This document shows positions 42,329-52,340 of a stretch of 64,000 nt of DNA, in pieces. A program made the position numbers and the translations under genes. This stretch comes from Leptolyngbyaceae cyanobacterium. Its GTDB lineage: Bacteria; Cyanobacteriota; Cyanobacteriia; Phormidesmidales; Phormidesmidaceae. The notes under the pieces were generated by a model that made no database searches, was not told where the DNA came from, and saw nothing but the letters and a program-made list of their open reading frames with translations. Numbering within the stretch: the stretch's first letter is position 1; every line of letters begins with the position of its first letter. The stretch is from the NCBI GenBank assembly GCA_965263355.1, contig CBDHHL010000032.1:2912001-2976000 (forward strand), in the 5' to 3' direction.

Positions 42329-42624
42329 CAATAACAATTCATTTGCCTACAGCTATAGGGGCTGGTGCATCCCACATTCCGCCATGAAATTGGCACATCG
42401 GATAATTAATAGCGAAGCCAATGGATCACAGCCTCTAAAGAGACATGAATTCTCAATAAAGCCTAACTATTGAGAATGATCTGGAAGTAGTTCAAATGAA
42501 TTGTCTGGATACTCAAAGTCTCTATGCAAAAGGCTTTCAGATTTAATATCTGATTGTGGCAGTTGCGAGTGCGGAATATCGCCAATAACAATTCGTTTGC
42601 CTATAGCTATAGGGGCTGGTGCAT
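42329..42624. repeat. Pair of 42-bp direct repeats (42329-42370, 42583-42624)
   Basis: caataacaattc(a/g)tttgccta(c/t)agctataggggctggtgcat, two mismatches. Confidence 0.85.
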
Positions 42625-42661
42625 AGCAGACTGATAATGAATGAGTAAGAAAGAATTCATC

Positions 42662-42696
42662 AAAAAGCGCTGTTGGAAGTTTCCAACAGCGCTCTT
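42662..42696 (-). terminator. Terminator of tRNA-Glu
   Basis: agcgctgttggaa/ttccaacagcgct stem with a T run on the minus strand. Confidence 0.8.
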
Positions 42697-42699
42697 AAA

Positions 42700-42772
42700 T
42701 ACCCCCAGGGGAATTCGAATCCCCGTCGCCTCCGTGAAAGGGAGGTGTCCTAGGCCTCTAGACGATGGGGGC
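42700..42772 (-). tRNA. trnE: tRNA-Glu(TTC)
   Basis: Reverse complement GCCCCCATCGTCTAGAGGCCTAGGACACCTCCCTTTCACGGAGGCGACGGGGATTCGAATTCCCCTGGGGGTA. Confidence 0.97.
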
Positions 42773-42908
42773 ATGGTTTGCCCTTGCGTTATTGCGTTGG
42801 CATTTATAAATATACAAATTTGAGGGAATTAATGTCAAACCTTAATGGGTAATTTTTTCTATGACGATTATGCCTGTTGGCAATTTCGCTACTACAGTTT
42901 TGCATTCA

Positions 42909-43190
42909 TCAAGCTAGTTTGCGCGAGTTGCGTAGGCGGATAAGCTGTCGTCGCATTTCTGGAGATGCTTCTAATGCTTGGATTTCATGAATATTGATTT
43001 GAGATTCAAGGGATTCAAGGTATTCGTCATCACCATATGTGTAAGCATCGACTAAGGCTTCTAATAACGCACTATTGTCAACCTCGTCGATAGTGAGCTG
43101 ATCCTCAATAATGCGAAACTTTAGACGAACTTCGCATTCGTAGATATTGACATTGTTGTTTTGGGCGGATAGGTCAAAGGACATTCCCAT
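42909..43190 (-). CDS. Npun_R1517 family small protein
   Basis: IYECEVRLKFRIIE, YGDDEYLE, ASPEMRRQLIRLRNS. Confidence 0.75.
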   Translation of the reverse strand: MGMSFDLSAQNNNVNIYECEVRLKFRIIEDQLTIDEVDNSALLEALVDAYTYGDDEYLESLESQINIHEIQALEASPEMRRQLIRLRNSRKLA

Positions 43191-43720
43191 AAGGTAGGTG
43201 AAGTATAAGTGTTCAAAACAAAAAATGAGAACAGAGAACCAGGTGATGATAACTATGACTCGTGCTTAGGGTCTTAATAAGTATGGTTAATACTTGAGGA
43301 GTTGGTATTTTAATAAATCCCGGTTTTTATTGTGCTATAACATTGGGTTTGATTGTTTTTTAATGAATTTAAATATTAAAAAATAATCATAAATATTGAA
43401 CCTAGCTAGCCAAGTTCAATATTTCTTTTGAGGTTTTATTTGTTTTTAATTTTTTGTGAATCCTTTTTTTGATGGGAATTCGAGTTGTAACTCGCTCGTT
43501 TTTATTTTTTGATTTTGGCTATAGATTCAATGGAATTAGATTGTGATATTGATCGAGAACTATTTTAGAAATGACGATTATTTCAAGGTTTGTCAATGTA
43601 GATCTTTTAAATAAACTATATAATTTATTGAAAAAATATTTGTGATATTTTTAAATTCAAAAAAAATATATGTCTGGGATTGAAAAGTTGTTGGGATTGA
43701 AAATTTAAGTCATTGAAATT

Positions 43721-43754
43721 GATGCTTATGGCTATGATGCTTATGGCTATGATG
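43721..43754. repeat. 15-bp tandem repeat (gatgcttatggctat) x2.3
   Basis: Read directly from the sequence. Confidence 0.9.
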
Positions 43755-43815
43755 ACTAGTGATATAAGTTTCTACCCATAGGCTAGCGGCCTAGGACAGC
43801 GTAAAATAGTATCGT

Positions 43816-44451
43816 TTGTCAGTACGGCATATTTTGCCGCTTCGCTTTTTGAATCAGAATCAGCCTGCCCCGCCTAATTCGAGTATGGAACCGTTGACAC
43901 GCACCCAGGTACTGGTTGCGATCGCGGCAACGGCTCTTGTATTGTTTCTCATTACTCGCCTATGGCTATTGTTTGATGCAGTAGAGCAATGGCCGAGCCA
44001 GTTTGATGTTTATCCCGTAGGTATTGGTTTGCTAATTGGGATGGGCATTACCTTGGTGAGCGGCATACTCTACAGGGTATGGCCTCGATATCGCTGCAGT
44101 GCTGAAGTCTATTTAGACTATATTTTAAAGCCTTTAGTTTTGCCGGATGTAGTGTGGTTAGGATTATTGCCTGGGATTAGCGAAGAATTACTTTTCCGTG
44201 GGGTTATGTTGCCTGCTTTGGGGGCAAATTTTGTGGCGTTGGGGCTATCTAGTTTGTGTTTTGGTTTGCTACATATGAGTGATTTACGACAGTGGCCCTA
44301 CATGTTGTGGGCAACCTGTGTTGGCGGATTACTGGGTTACAGTGCTATGGCAAGTCAAAATCTACTAGTTCCAGTAGTGGCTCATGTATTTACTAATATG
44401 TTATCTAGTTTAGTCTGGAAGCTGAAAGCGTCTGATCTAGCCGCGCATTAA
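43816..44451 (+). CDS. CPBP (Abi/CAAX) family intramembrane metalloprotease
   Basis: GISEELLFRG, FGLLH, AHVFTN; start may be later (ATG 43885). Confidence 0.9.
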   Translation: MSVRHILPLRFLNQNQPAPPNSSMEPLTRTQVLVAIAATALVLFLITRLWLLFDAVEQWPSQFDVYPVGIGLLIGMGITLVSGILYRVWPRYRCSAEVYLDYILKPLVLPDVVWLGLLPGISEELLFRGVMLPALGANFVALGLSSLCFGLLHMSDLRQWPYMLWATCVGGLLGYSAMASQNLLVPVVAHVFTNMLSSLVWKLKASDLAAH

Positions 44452-44463
44452 AGATGCTTTATT

Positions 44464-44862
44464 TTGACGTCTACTTCAAAGTCACATCCCTTGAAACCCG
44501 CTAGTTTACCTGATGATGAGCAGATACTGGGATTAGCTGTTTTTGATCGAGTAGGATTGCCACGCGACTATTTTATTACGCTACAGCATGAAGATACAGA
44601 ATGGATTCAGCTGGCTTTTCAGCTGTTAGGACTGCAACAATTAATAGTCACTACCTTAGAGTTACCCAGGTTGAGCAATGCCATGATTCGTACCAAGGTT
44701 GGTAACATTGTAATGGTTTGTTATGACCAGGGATATATTGCGATATTGCTTAAACGGGTTCTGCCCCAAGAGCGGCCCCACGTAGATAAGGCATGGGTGG
44801 CGTGGATTTGTGAGTTTGAAGCTAATGTTGTGAGAAATCACCCTAATTTTAGAGCAGTTTAA
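44464..44862 (+). CDS. Hypothetical protein, possibly roadblock/LC7-like
   Basis: ILGLAVFDRVGLP beta-hairpin pattern; 12 bp after the CPBP gene. Confidence 0.55.
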   Translation: MTSTSKSHPLKPASLPDDEQILGLAVFDRVGLPRDYFITLQHEDTEWIQLAFQLLGLQQLIVTTLELPRLSNAMIRTKVGNIVMVCYDQGYIAILLKRVLPQERPHVDKAWVAWICEFEANVVRNHPNFRAV

Positions 44863-45683
44863 TGTCTCACATAGGTTAAACGCCCATCTTGAATTTGAAC
44901 CACAGGATGGCTAGATGAGCGCACCAGTTGCTCATCATGAGTCGTAATCATGACTGTGATACCAATAGAATTAAGCTTCTCTAGAATCTTGATCACCTGG
45001 CGAGAGTTATCCACATCCAAATTGCCGGTAGGTTCGTCTGCTAAGAGTAGGGGAGGCGTGCTCACCACTGCACGGGCAATGCTTACTCGTTGTTGTTCAC
45101 CGCCTGATAGCTGATCGGGAAAGCAATTAGCTTTATGTTGCAGGCCAACCATACGTAAAGTAGGACGCAATCGACGATTAATTTCTCGGCGGCTATAACC
45201 TTGGGCCCAAAGTACAAATGATACGTTTTCTGCAACGGTGCGTTTGGGGATAAGTTTGTAGTCTTGGAAGACAATGCCAATCCGCCGTCGTAGCATGGCT
45301 AAGCGATTGCCGCGTAGTTTGGCTAGAGTTTGGCCAGCGACAATAATATCCCCAGATGTGGCTCGTTCTTGGCCATAGAGTAATTTGAGTAGTGTAGATT
45401 TACCTGCGCCGGAAGGCCCTGTCACAAACAAAAAGTCACCACGCTTGACCTGTAGATTAATATCGCGTAATGCTTGACTGCCGTTATTGTAGGTTTTGTT
45501 GACCTTCATCAACGTGACCAGGGGCGCTGTCGTGCTGTCGGCTTTGGGTTGATGTTGGTTTTGAATCTGTTGGGCTTGTAACGTCGTCGGAACTGTCTGA
45601 AACGTTGCAGTGCTCCTGAATTGTCCGTCCTGATGGCGGCGACGAGAGGGATAAGTCTTAGGCGGAGTCACGGCGTATGTCAT
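44859..45683 (-). CDS. ftsE: Cell division ATP-binding protein FtsE
   Basis: [45 protein letters not shown]; start uncertain. Confidence 0.92.
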   Translation of the reverse strand: MTYAVTPPKTYPSRRRHQDGQFRSTATFQTVPTTLQAQQIQNQHQPKADSTTAPLVTLMKVNKTYNNGSQALRDINLQVKRGDFLFVTGPSGAGKSTLLKLLYGQERATSGDIIVAGQTLAKLRGNRLAMLRRRIGIVFQDYKLIPKRTVAENVSFVLWAQGYSRREINRRLRPTLRMVGLQHKANCFPDQLSGGEQQRVSIARAVVSTPPLLLADEPTGNLDVDNSRQVIKILEKLNSIGITVMITTHDEQLVRSSSHPVVQIQDGRLTYVRH

Positions 45684-45813
45684 GGGGCGTAGCTGTGCAA
45701 TGGTGAGAAGCGGAATAGAAATTAAAGGAGAAGCATTTTTGTCTCTGTACAAGGATATAGGTAATGGGACGAATGTCCAGCCCCTTGACAATTTTTATTG
45801 GATGTCAGCGACT

Positions 45814-45853
45814 AATTTTATCGGGACATTCCATGGAATGTCCCGATAAAATT
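45814..45853. repeat. Perfect 40-bp palindrome (REP-like or terminator)
   Basis: aattttatcgggacattcca|tggaatgtcccgataaaatt. Confidence 0.85.
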
Positions 45854-45869
45854 TTGGCTTTGTTGTACG

Positions 45870-46628
45870 TCAAGTACGCCAGCCTAGGTCGTAACCGATA
45901 GAACGAAAGACAAATTTAGGCAATGCTAACATGCGTCGCCAACGCCAGGGTTCTTGATAAAGCCGATACAGCCATTCCAGGTGGTTGTTGCACATCCAAC
46001 GAGGAGCTCGCTGCTTTTTCCCTGCCCAAATATCGAAACTACCTCCTACGCCGACCCAAATCGCTTTGGGGCAGAGCTGACGGTTAGCTGCAATCCATAA
46101 TTCTTGGCGGGGTACCCCAAGGCCGACAAAAATTATGCTTGGCTCTAGTGCGTTTAATTTTTGTTGAAAATCTAATTGCTCTGTCTCGGATAGATAGCCA
46201 TGTTGTGCGATCGCAACGTTTAGGTTGGGAAATTGCTGTTGCCAATGATTTGCCGCTGCTGCTGCCATACCTGGGGCTCCACCATAAAACACCACAGGCT
46301 CTGTAGGCTTGAGCTGTTGCAGAATATCCACAGCAAATTCAATGCCAGGATATCGCTTGATATCTTGACGCTGAACCCACTGAAAATAAAGCTGTATCCC
46401 AGCTCCGTCAGGAATGACTAATGTGGCCTTCTGAATAATTTGCTTAAGTTCAACATTAGTTTCTGCCTGGACGCACATTTCAGCATTGAGGGTGACTACG
46501 TGACCACTACAACCGGAGCGCATAGTTTCCAGTAACCAACCCACATAATTGGTACTTTGGTGTACCGGTAAGCCCATAACAAAGAGCTGATTTGGGGGAG
46601 TATTAACAGGTACGAATGTAGATATCAT
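45870..46628 (-). CDS. WecB/TagA/CpsF family glycosyltransferase
   Basis: VTLNAEM, PDGAG, VGLGVPRQE, GVGGSFD, LEWLYRLYQEPWR. Confidence 0.92.
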   Translation of the reverse strand: MISTFVPVNTPPNQLFVMGLPVHQSTNYVGWLLETMRSGCSGHVVTLNAEMCVQAETNVELKQIIQKATLVIPDGAGIQLYFQWVQRQDIKRYPGIEFAVDILQQLKPTEPVVFYGGAPGMAAAAANHWQQQFPNLNVAIAQHGYLSETEQLDFQQKLNALEPSIIFVGLGVPRQELWIAANRQLCPKAIWVGVGGSFDIWAGKKQRAPRWMCNNHLEWLYRLYQEPWRWRRMLALPKFVFRSIGYDLGWRT

Positions 46629-46700
46629 GAGCCGCAAAAAACAATTGGACGGTTGGAGGAACTCTGCTACACACACCGTAATAAATATCTTTGCACACCC

Positions 46701-47513
46701 CTAGAAATCTTCTTCTTCGTATTCGATAACTTTTTTCTTTTGAGGAATATTCAATGGCTGAGCTTGGTAAGGTTCTTCCTCGGGGATAGCTTGTTCTACC
46801 GGTGGTCGGGAGGGTTGTTCGAGTTCTAGCCGTTGGGGGGGAGCAGCTTCACGACGTGGTGCTGGAGCAGTTTGCTTTATGCCTGAGGGCAGTTGATTGC
46901 TGGCAGAGGTGGGCATGATGTAGCCATCATCTTCCCGTTCCCAAGGGGCTGAACCCAGGCCAAGGCGTTCTAATAAACCAACACTAATCTGTTTGAGTTT
47001 TTCTTCTGACCCTTCAAACACAATAATCCGGTCTGGTCCGGTGCTGACAATTTCATCAACTGGTAGTTCATAAGAACTAATTACCTGATCTGGAATTTGG
47101 GGTAGGCCCATGGAGGCAATTACAAGGGATTGCAGCTTGCCGCTAACCACATCAAATTTGAAGCCTCGTACGCGACCTAACCCTTCGCCTGACTCCGTGA
47201 TTACTTCACTTTTGACCAGGTTAGTATAGTTGGCTGTGCTGAGGTCATCTTCGATTACTGAGTCGTCATCCACCAAAATGACATCCCCAATTTGGCGAAT
47301 ACTGCTCAGCAGTATGATTTGCTCTGGCCCCGATACGACCTTGGAGAGAATGTTATCCCGTAGACCTAAAGCGACGACTTCACCGCCTTCACCTCGACCT
47401 CGATCTATGTCGACCCACAGTTGACTGACCACGCCCAGGCGACGGCCTGTAGAACGGGTAATAACTTGGGTGCCAATCATGTCGGAACGAAGCCGACTTT
47501 GCTCAAAACTCAT
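46701..47513 (-). CDS. PRC-barrel domain protein
   Basis: Two PRC barrels (GTQVITRSTGRRLG; VITESGEGLGRV). Confidence 0.85.
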   Translation of the reverse strand: MSFEQSRLRSDMIGTQVITRSTGRRLGVVSQLWVDIDRGRGEGGEVVALGLRDNILSKVVSGPEQIILLSSIRQIGDVILVDDDSVIEDDLSTANYTNLVKSEVITESGEGLGRVRGFKFDVVSGKLQSLVIASMGLPQIPDQVISSYELPVDEIVSTGPDRIIVFEGSEEKLKQISVGLLERLGLGSAPWEREDDGYIMPTSASNQLPSGIKQTAPAPRREAAPPQRLELEQPSRPPVEQAIPEEEPYQAQPLNIPQKKKVIEYEEEDF

Positions 47514-47654
47514 CGCTTGGGGTCTACTGTTGGGGTCTAATTGGTTGTCTTAACCAGAAAGGATGTTTCTTAACCGAAGGAAACATGCTTCCCCACATTA
47601 CACCTTATCCCTCAATTTTTTGACAGTGTGTGAAACCGTATTAAAACGGACGAA

Positions 47655-50600
47655 TTAACCGCCTGCTGTTGCTCGCTGTAAATTAATGCCCAAAACTTGT
47701 GTGTAGGCTCCCCGAGCCTGAGTGACGCCGATAGTTCGTTCGGCAGATTCAATCATAGGACGTCGCAGGCTGACAACGATAAACTGCGCTTGCTTGGCCT
47801 GGTGACGAATCATTTTGGATAGGCGTTCCACGTTAGCACCGTCCAGGAACATATCGACTTCGTCAAAAGCATAGAAAGGTGATGGGCGATAGCGTTGGAG
47901 AGCAAATATGAAGCTTAAGGCTGTCAAAGATTTTTCGCCACCGGACATGGAGGCTAGGCGACGCACAGGTTTCCCTTTGGGATGAGCGACCAGATTGAGA
48001 CCACCGTTGAAAGGATCTTGAGGATCATCCAGTTGGAGATAACCATCACCGTCGGAGAGTTCGGCAAAAATAGATTGAAAGTTTTGGTTGACGGCTGCAA
48101 AGGCTTCTTGAAAGGCTTGACGACGCAATGTGGTGAAGTTTTCAATCCGCAGTAATAGCTCAGTACGTTCTTCTTCTAGGGTGGTTAGTTTATCAGTGAG
48201 TTCTTCTAGTCGTTCCTGAGTACGTTCATACTCTTCGAGAGCTAGCATATTGACTGGTTCCATGGCCTCTAGGCGACGCTGTAAGGATTTGAGCTGTTTT
48301 TGTAAGGCCTCTAATGTTAAATCTTCGGGGATTTCGGGGATGGGATCAGGTAGTTCAGCTTGTTTGGTTTCAATAACTGTCTGCAGTTCGCTTAACTGGT
48401 GTTGCCGCGCTTGCTGGGTTTCGCTGAGTTTTTGTTGTTGCCACTCTAATTGTTGCAGTTGGTTTCGCTGATCACGGAGCTGGTACTCTTTGCGATCGCG
48501 TTCTACCTTCTCACTTGCTAAGGTTTTATCCAACTCCCCTAGAGCTGCTTGGGTAGCAATAATGTCTTGCTTTAGAGCAACCTGTTGCTTGTTAATCTCG
48601 GTCTGCTGGTTGATTTGGATTTGCTGCTGTTGACGATCGGCTGCCGCACCTTGCTGACCGATTTGGATTTTTTCCTCCAGTCTCTGGCCTTGGGCTTCCA
48701 GTTCATTCTGTCGCTGTAGGGCTGTTTGTAGGGCCTGCTGTCGGGCTGTCAGTTCAGCTTCTAACGCCCGGACATTATCCTGGGCCTGTTGCCACTCGCT
48801 ATGGGTTTGGGAGTCTTCTAGAGCTGTTAGTGCCTGCCGCTTTTGCTGGAGTTGTGTTTCCTGGGTAGGCAGAGTCGTTTCGAGGGATTGTAGACGGGCT
48901 TGGGCTGCAGTGTATTCAGCTTGGTATTGCTGCAGCTGCTTTTGAGTCTGTGCTAGTCGCTGTTGTAGCTGTTGTAGCTGTTGTTGGGCCTGGGTGTTTT
49001 GTAACTGTTGTTCTCGGTAGCGTTGACGGGCTTCAATTAGAGCTTTTGATTGGGTTTTGACGGTGGTATCGGTCTGTGCTAAGGCGCGATCGCAACTGGC
49101 CAAAATTTGCTCAATGTCCTGGAGTCGTTCTCGTAGGGCTTTAGCCTCGGCGGATTCACCCGCTTCAACTGTGCCAAAGTGTAGCCGACCCTGACGGCGC
49201 AGGCTGCCTCCGGTCATGGCTCCACTGCTTTCTAGCACCTCACCATCCAGGGTGACCATGCGAAATTTACCAAGGTGGCGGCGGGCATCGTTAATCTGCT
49301 CAAATACGACTGTATTGCCAAAAACAAAAGCAAACACCTGACGGTAAATATCGTCACACTCAATCAGATCAACGGCATAGTCTATGAACCCATCGGGGCG
49401 TTCCCAGCGGCCTAATTTTTGAATCCGGGGTGCACGAATAGCATTGAGCGGTAAAAATGTAGCCCGACCTGCCCGTTTCTGCTTGAGGATGTCGATTCCT
49501 CTGGCAGCAACACCATCATTTTCAACCACTAAGTAGCCCAGTCTGGCACCAGCAGCAATTTCAAGGGCAGTTTGATATTTGGGGTCTACCCGCCCCAACT
49601 GAGCAACTAGGCCACAGATGCCAGTGAGACCGCTCTTAATTAATACTTCGGTGGCCTGGGTGCCTCGGGTTTCTTGCAGAGCTTGTTCTTGGGCCTCAAG
49701 TTTGTCTAATTCCCGCTGCTTTTCTCGCTGTTCCCTGAGTAGGCGGTCTCGGGTTTCTCGTTGGGTTTTGAGGTCTTGCTCAGCGGTGGCAACGGCTTGG
49801 GCTAAGGTTTGGATGATGCCTTCCGTCTCCGAAAGTTCGGTGTCAGTCGTTTGAGGGGCATCAGCCAGTTCGGTTTCCAGATTTTGAATCGCTGTGGTTT
49901 GAGCTGTAATTTGGCTTTGCAACTGATGGCGGCGTTCCTGTAGCCGTACTTGTTCCGTGCGCTGGGGCTCCAGGGCTTTGAGTAAAGCTTCTACTTCATG
50001 CCTGAGGTTGGTTTGGGTTTCGATCCAGGCTTGAGAGGCGGTTGCGATCTCACTCGTCGCTTCTCGACCGTCCTCCACAGCCTGAGCAGCCCGTTCTCGC
50101 TCTGTCTGCAGCTGAACTATATTCTCATCGCTCAAGGTAATTAACTGTAGTTTCAGCTCTGCAAGTGCCTGAGTTTGGGTTTGTAGTTCGCCTTGGATGG
50201 TCTGAAGTTTAGCGGCTAGCTCCCGTGTGGATTGACTGAGTGCTTTTGCCTGGCGTTCTAACTGTCGTAACTCAGCTTCTTGGGTGGCTAGTTTTGCCTG
50301 CAAGGCTAGGTGCTCGTCTTCACCTAGCGCTTTCACCTTGGTATTGAGTGAGTCTAACTCGGACGTAGTGGTTTCAATCAGTTTGACCAGTGCTTCCCGC
50401 TGTTCCACAAGCTTAATGGCCTGCCCCTTACCCTGGTGAATCTGGCCTTCTAATTGCTTAGCTTTTTCCTGTTGCTGCCGCCATTCTAGAACCGCCTGCC
50501 ATTGGATTTTACTTTGTAGGGTTGCTTTAAGTTGCTTATACTTTTCAGCTTTTTTGCGATCCTGATCAAGACGTTCTAGCTGGTCAATTAATTCTCGCTC

Positions 50601-51473
50601 CACAATGCGAAAGCGTTCTTCTCGCTCACGCACCATATCGAGCTTTAGTTTCGCCTGGTTAATTTTTCGATCAAAGGATGCGACACCAGCCAACTCATCA
50701 ATAATTTCCCGACGTTCGCGCCCCTTCATCGAGATAATGCTGGTGACGTCCCCCTGCAGCACAACATTGTAGCCTTCAGGATAGATACGAAACCGCTGCA
50801 GTTGGTCATGTAACTCACTCAGAGTACAGGGTTTGCCATCAATGAAATAATTAGAGGTATAGGTTCCTTGAGCCGTAATCCTGAGCCGACGAGTGACACT
50901 CCATTCTCGTGGTAGAGGAACCACATTATCGGGGGTAGCGGTATCTAGTTGACCATTATTGCCAGCCTCATTATTCGAGTTAGAGTCTGAATCCTTGGCT
51001 AGGTTAGTGGCTGTAGGGGAGGCGATGGCATGAGCGGCGTTGTCTGCTGGATCAATTTGTCTGTTAGGGGCTTGGGCTACAGTGCCGTGAGGATCTGTGT
51101 CATTAGCCGCTACATTATCTTCTGTAATAATTTCTGAGGCATGGGTGGCAGAGTCATTCTTAGTAGATTCATCACCGTCAGAGTCTTCGCTAAGGAGTTC
51201 TGGAGCGACATCACTAATATCGAATGTCACAGTAACACTTGCTTCTGCGGTGGAACGTCGACTGGCGTGATTTTGATTAACCAAATCTGGCAAACGTTCT
51301 GCCCGCATGCCTTTAGAGCTGGCTAATCCTAAACAAAACAAAAGGGCATCCAGGATGTTCGATTTTCCTGAACCATTGGGGCCAGAAATAACGGTGAATC
51401 CTGTTAACAGAGGAACCTGCGTCGTACCTCCAAAGGATTTAAAGTGAGAGAGTTCAACTCGCTTTACATGCAC
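47655..51473 (-). CDS. smc: Chromosome segregation protein SMC
   Basis: FKSF, GPNGSGKSN, hinge GRATFLPL, MSGGEKS, FDEVD. Confidence 0.97.
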   Translation of the reverse strand: MHVKRVELSHFKSFGGTTQVPLLTGFTVISGPNGSGKSNILDALLFCLGLASSKGMRAERLPDLVNQNHASRRSTAEASVTVTFDISDVAPELLSEDSDGDESTKNDSATHASEIITEDNVAANDTDPHGTVAQAPNRQIDPADNAAHAIASPTATNLAKDSDSNSNNEAGNNGQLDTATPDNVVPLPREWSVTRRLRITAQGTYTSNYFIDGKPCTLSELHDQLQRFRIYPEGYNVVLQGDVTSIISMKGRERREIIDELAGVASFDRKINQAKLKLDMVREREERFRIVERELIDQLERLDQDRKKAEKYKQLKATLQSKIQWQAVLEWRQQQEKAKQLEGQIHQGKGQAIKLVEQREALVKLIETTTSELDSLNTKVKALGEDEHLALQAKLATQEAELRQLERQAKALSQSTRELAAKLQTIQGELQTQTQALAELKLQLITLSDENIVQLQTERERAAQAVEDGREATSEIATASQAWIETQTNLRHEVEALLKALEPQRTEQVRLQERRHQLQSQITAQTTAIQNLETELADAPQTTDTELSETEGIIQTLAQAVATAEQDLKTQRETRDRLLREQREKQRELDKLEAQEQALQETRGTQATEVLIKSGLTGICGLVAQLGRVDPKYQTALEIAAGARLGYLVVENDGVAARGIDILKQKRAGRATFLPLNAIRAPRIQKLGRWERPDGFIDYAVDLIECDDIYRQVFAFVFGNTVVFEQINDARRHLGKFRMVTLDGEVLESSGAMTGGSLRRQGRLHFGTVEAGESAEAKALRERLQDIEQILASCDRALAQTDTTVKTQSKALIEARQRYREQQLQNTQAQQQLQQLQQRLAQTQKQLQQYQAEYTAAQARLQSLETTLPTQETQLQQKRQALTALEDSQTHSEWQQAQDNVRALEAELTARQQALQTALQRQNELEAQGQRLEEKIQIGQQGAAADRQQQQIQINQQTEINKQQVALKQDIIATQAALGELDKTLASEKVERDRKEYQLRDQRNQLQQLEWQQQKLSETQQARQHQLSELQTVIETKQAELPDPIPEIPEDLTLEALQKQLKSLQRRLEAMEPVNMLALEEYERTQERLEELTDKLTTLEEERTELLLRIENFTTLRRQAFQEAFAAVNQNFQSIFAELSDGDGYLQLDDPQDPFNGGLNLVAHPKGKPVRRLASMSGGEKSLTALSFIFALQRYRPSPFYAFDEVDMFLDGANVERLSKMIRHQAKQAQFIVVSLRRPMIESAERTIGVTQARGAYTQVLGINLQRATAGG

Positions 51474-51497
51474 AAAGCAAACGCACCCGAACTAGTG

Positions 51498-51511
51498 CGT
51501 ACAAGTGTACT
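51498..51511 (-). promoter_or_regulatory. Putative cyanobacterial LexA box upstream of smc
   Basis: AGTACACTTGTACG fits RGTACNNNDGTWCB; 3 nt downstream of an extended -10 TGCTATGGT. Confidence 0.55.
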
Positions 51512-51850
51512 TAGACCATAGCATTTGCATCCCATGTGCAACCAGCTCAATGGTGAGCGACAGTGGCTGAAGCAGCTGTACTCCAAATGACACCGGGTAG
51601 ATCGAACCGGTAACGTCGCCAGACTACAGTTTGCCAGATTTTGTTGAAAGCGCAACCGCAGCTTAGGCAATCTCTAGAATTCAGGTCCTGAGTGGAGGCT
51701 TCTTGGGTATAGCTCTAATATAGAAATAGGAAGACAAAGGCCCTATTCGTCTAGGCTACATCCTAGTTGAAATTTGACGTTGCCTAAACGTTTAGTTCTG
51801 GATGTGAGCCCTTTGAATTCCAGTTTTTTAGAGTGCCTTGCCCTAACTCC

Positions 51851-52297
51851 GTGACCTCTACTGTTTTTTCTCAACTGTCGCAGCCCGTTATTCTAGGCTT
51901 TGATCCTGGCCGTTACAAGTGTGGCTTAGCCATAGTTAGGTTAGATCGTTCCCTGTGTTATCACGAGGTCATCTTGGCAGAAGCTGTGCTCGAGCATATT
52001 GAAACGCTACGTCAGACGTATCCTATTTCTCTGATTGTGATGGGCGATCAGACGGGGGCAAAACTTTGGAAACAGGAACTGTCTCAGCGACTTCAGGAAG
52101 CACCCAATGTCATTCTGGTAGATGAACGTTATAGCAGTTTGGAAGCACGCGATCGCTACTGGGAAATGTTTCCCCCAAAAGGTCTCAATCGCCTTTTGCC
52201 CCAGAGTATGCGTAGCATTCCTCGCCCCATTGATGACATTGTGGCAATTTTGCTAATTGAGCGTTACCTAAACAAGCTGACTGAAGTCGAAATATAG
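51851..52297 (+). CDS. yqgF: YqgF/RuvX-like pre-16S rRNA processing nuclease
   Basis: ILGFDPG, VMGDQT, VDERYSSLEAR, DDIVA. Confidence 0.85.
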   Translation: MTSTVFSQLSQPVILGFDPGRYKCGLAIVRLDRSLCYHEVILAEAVLEHIETLRQTYPISLIVMGDQTGAKLWKQELSQRLQEAPNVILVDERYSSLEARDRYWEMFPPKGLNRLLPQSMRSIPRPIDDIVAILLIERYLNKLTEVEI

Positions 52298-52340
52298 TGA
52301 GCCATACCTACTGCGCATATCGGCTCTAGCTTCTGAACTC

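Noticed and set aside
43675..43720. GGGATTGAAA repeats resembling cyanobacterial CRISPR repeat ends
   Set aside because: Only 12 bp long and 17 bp apart, with no spacers and no cas genes
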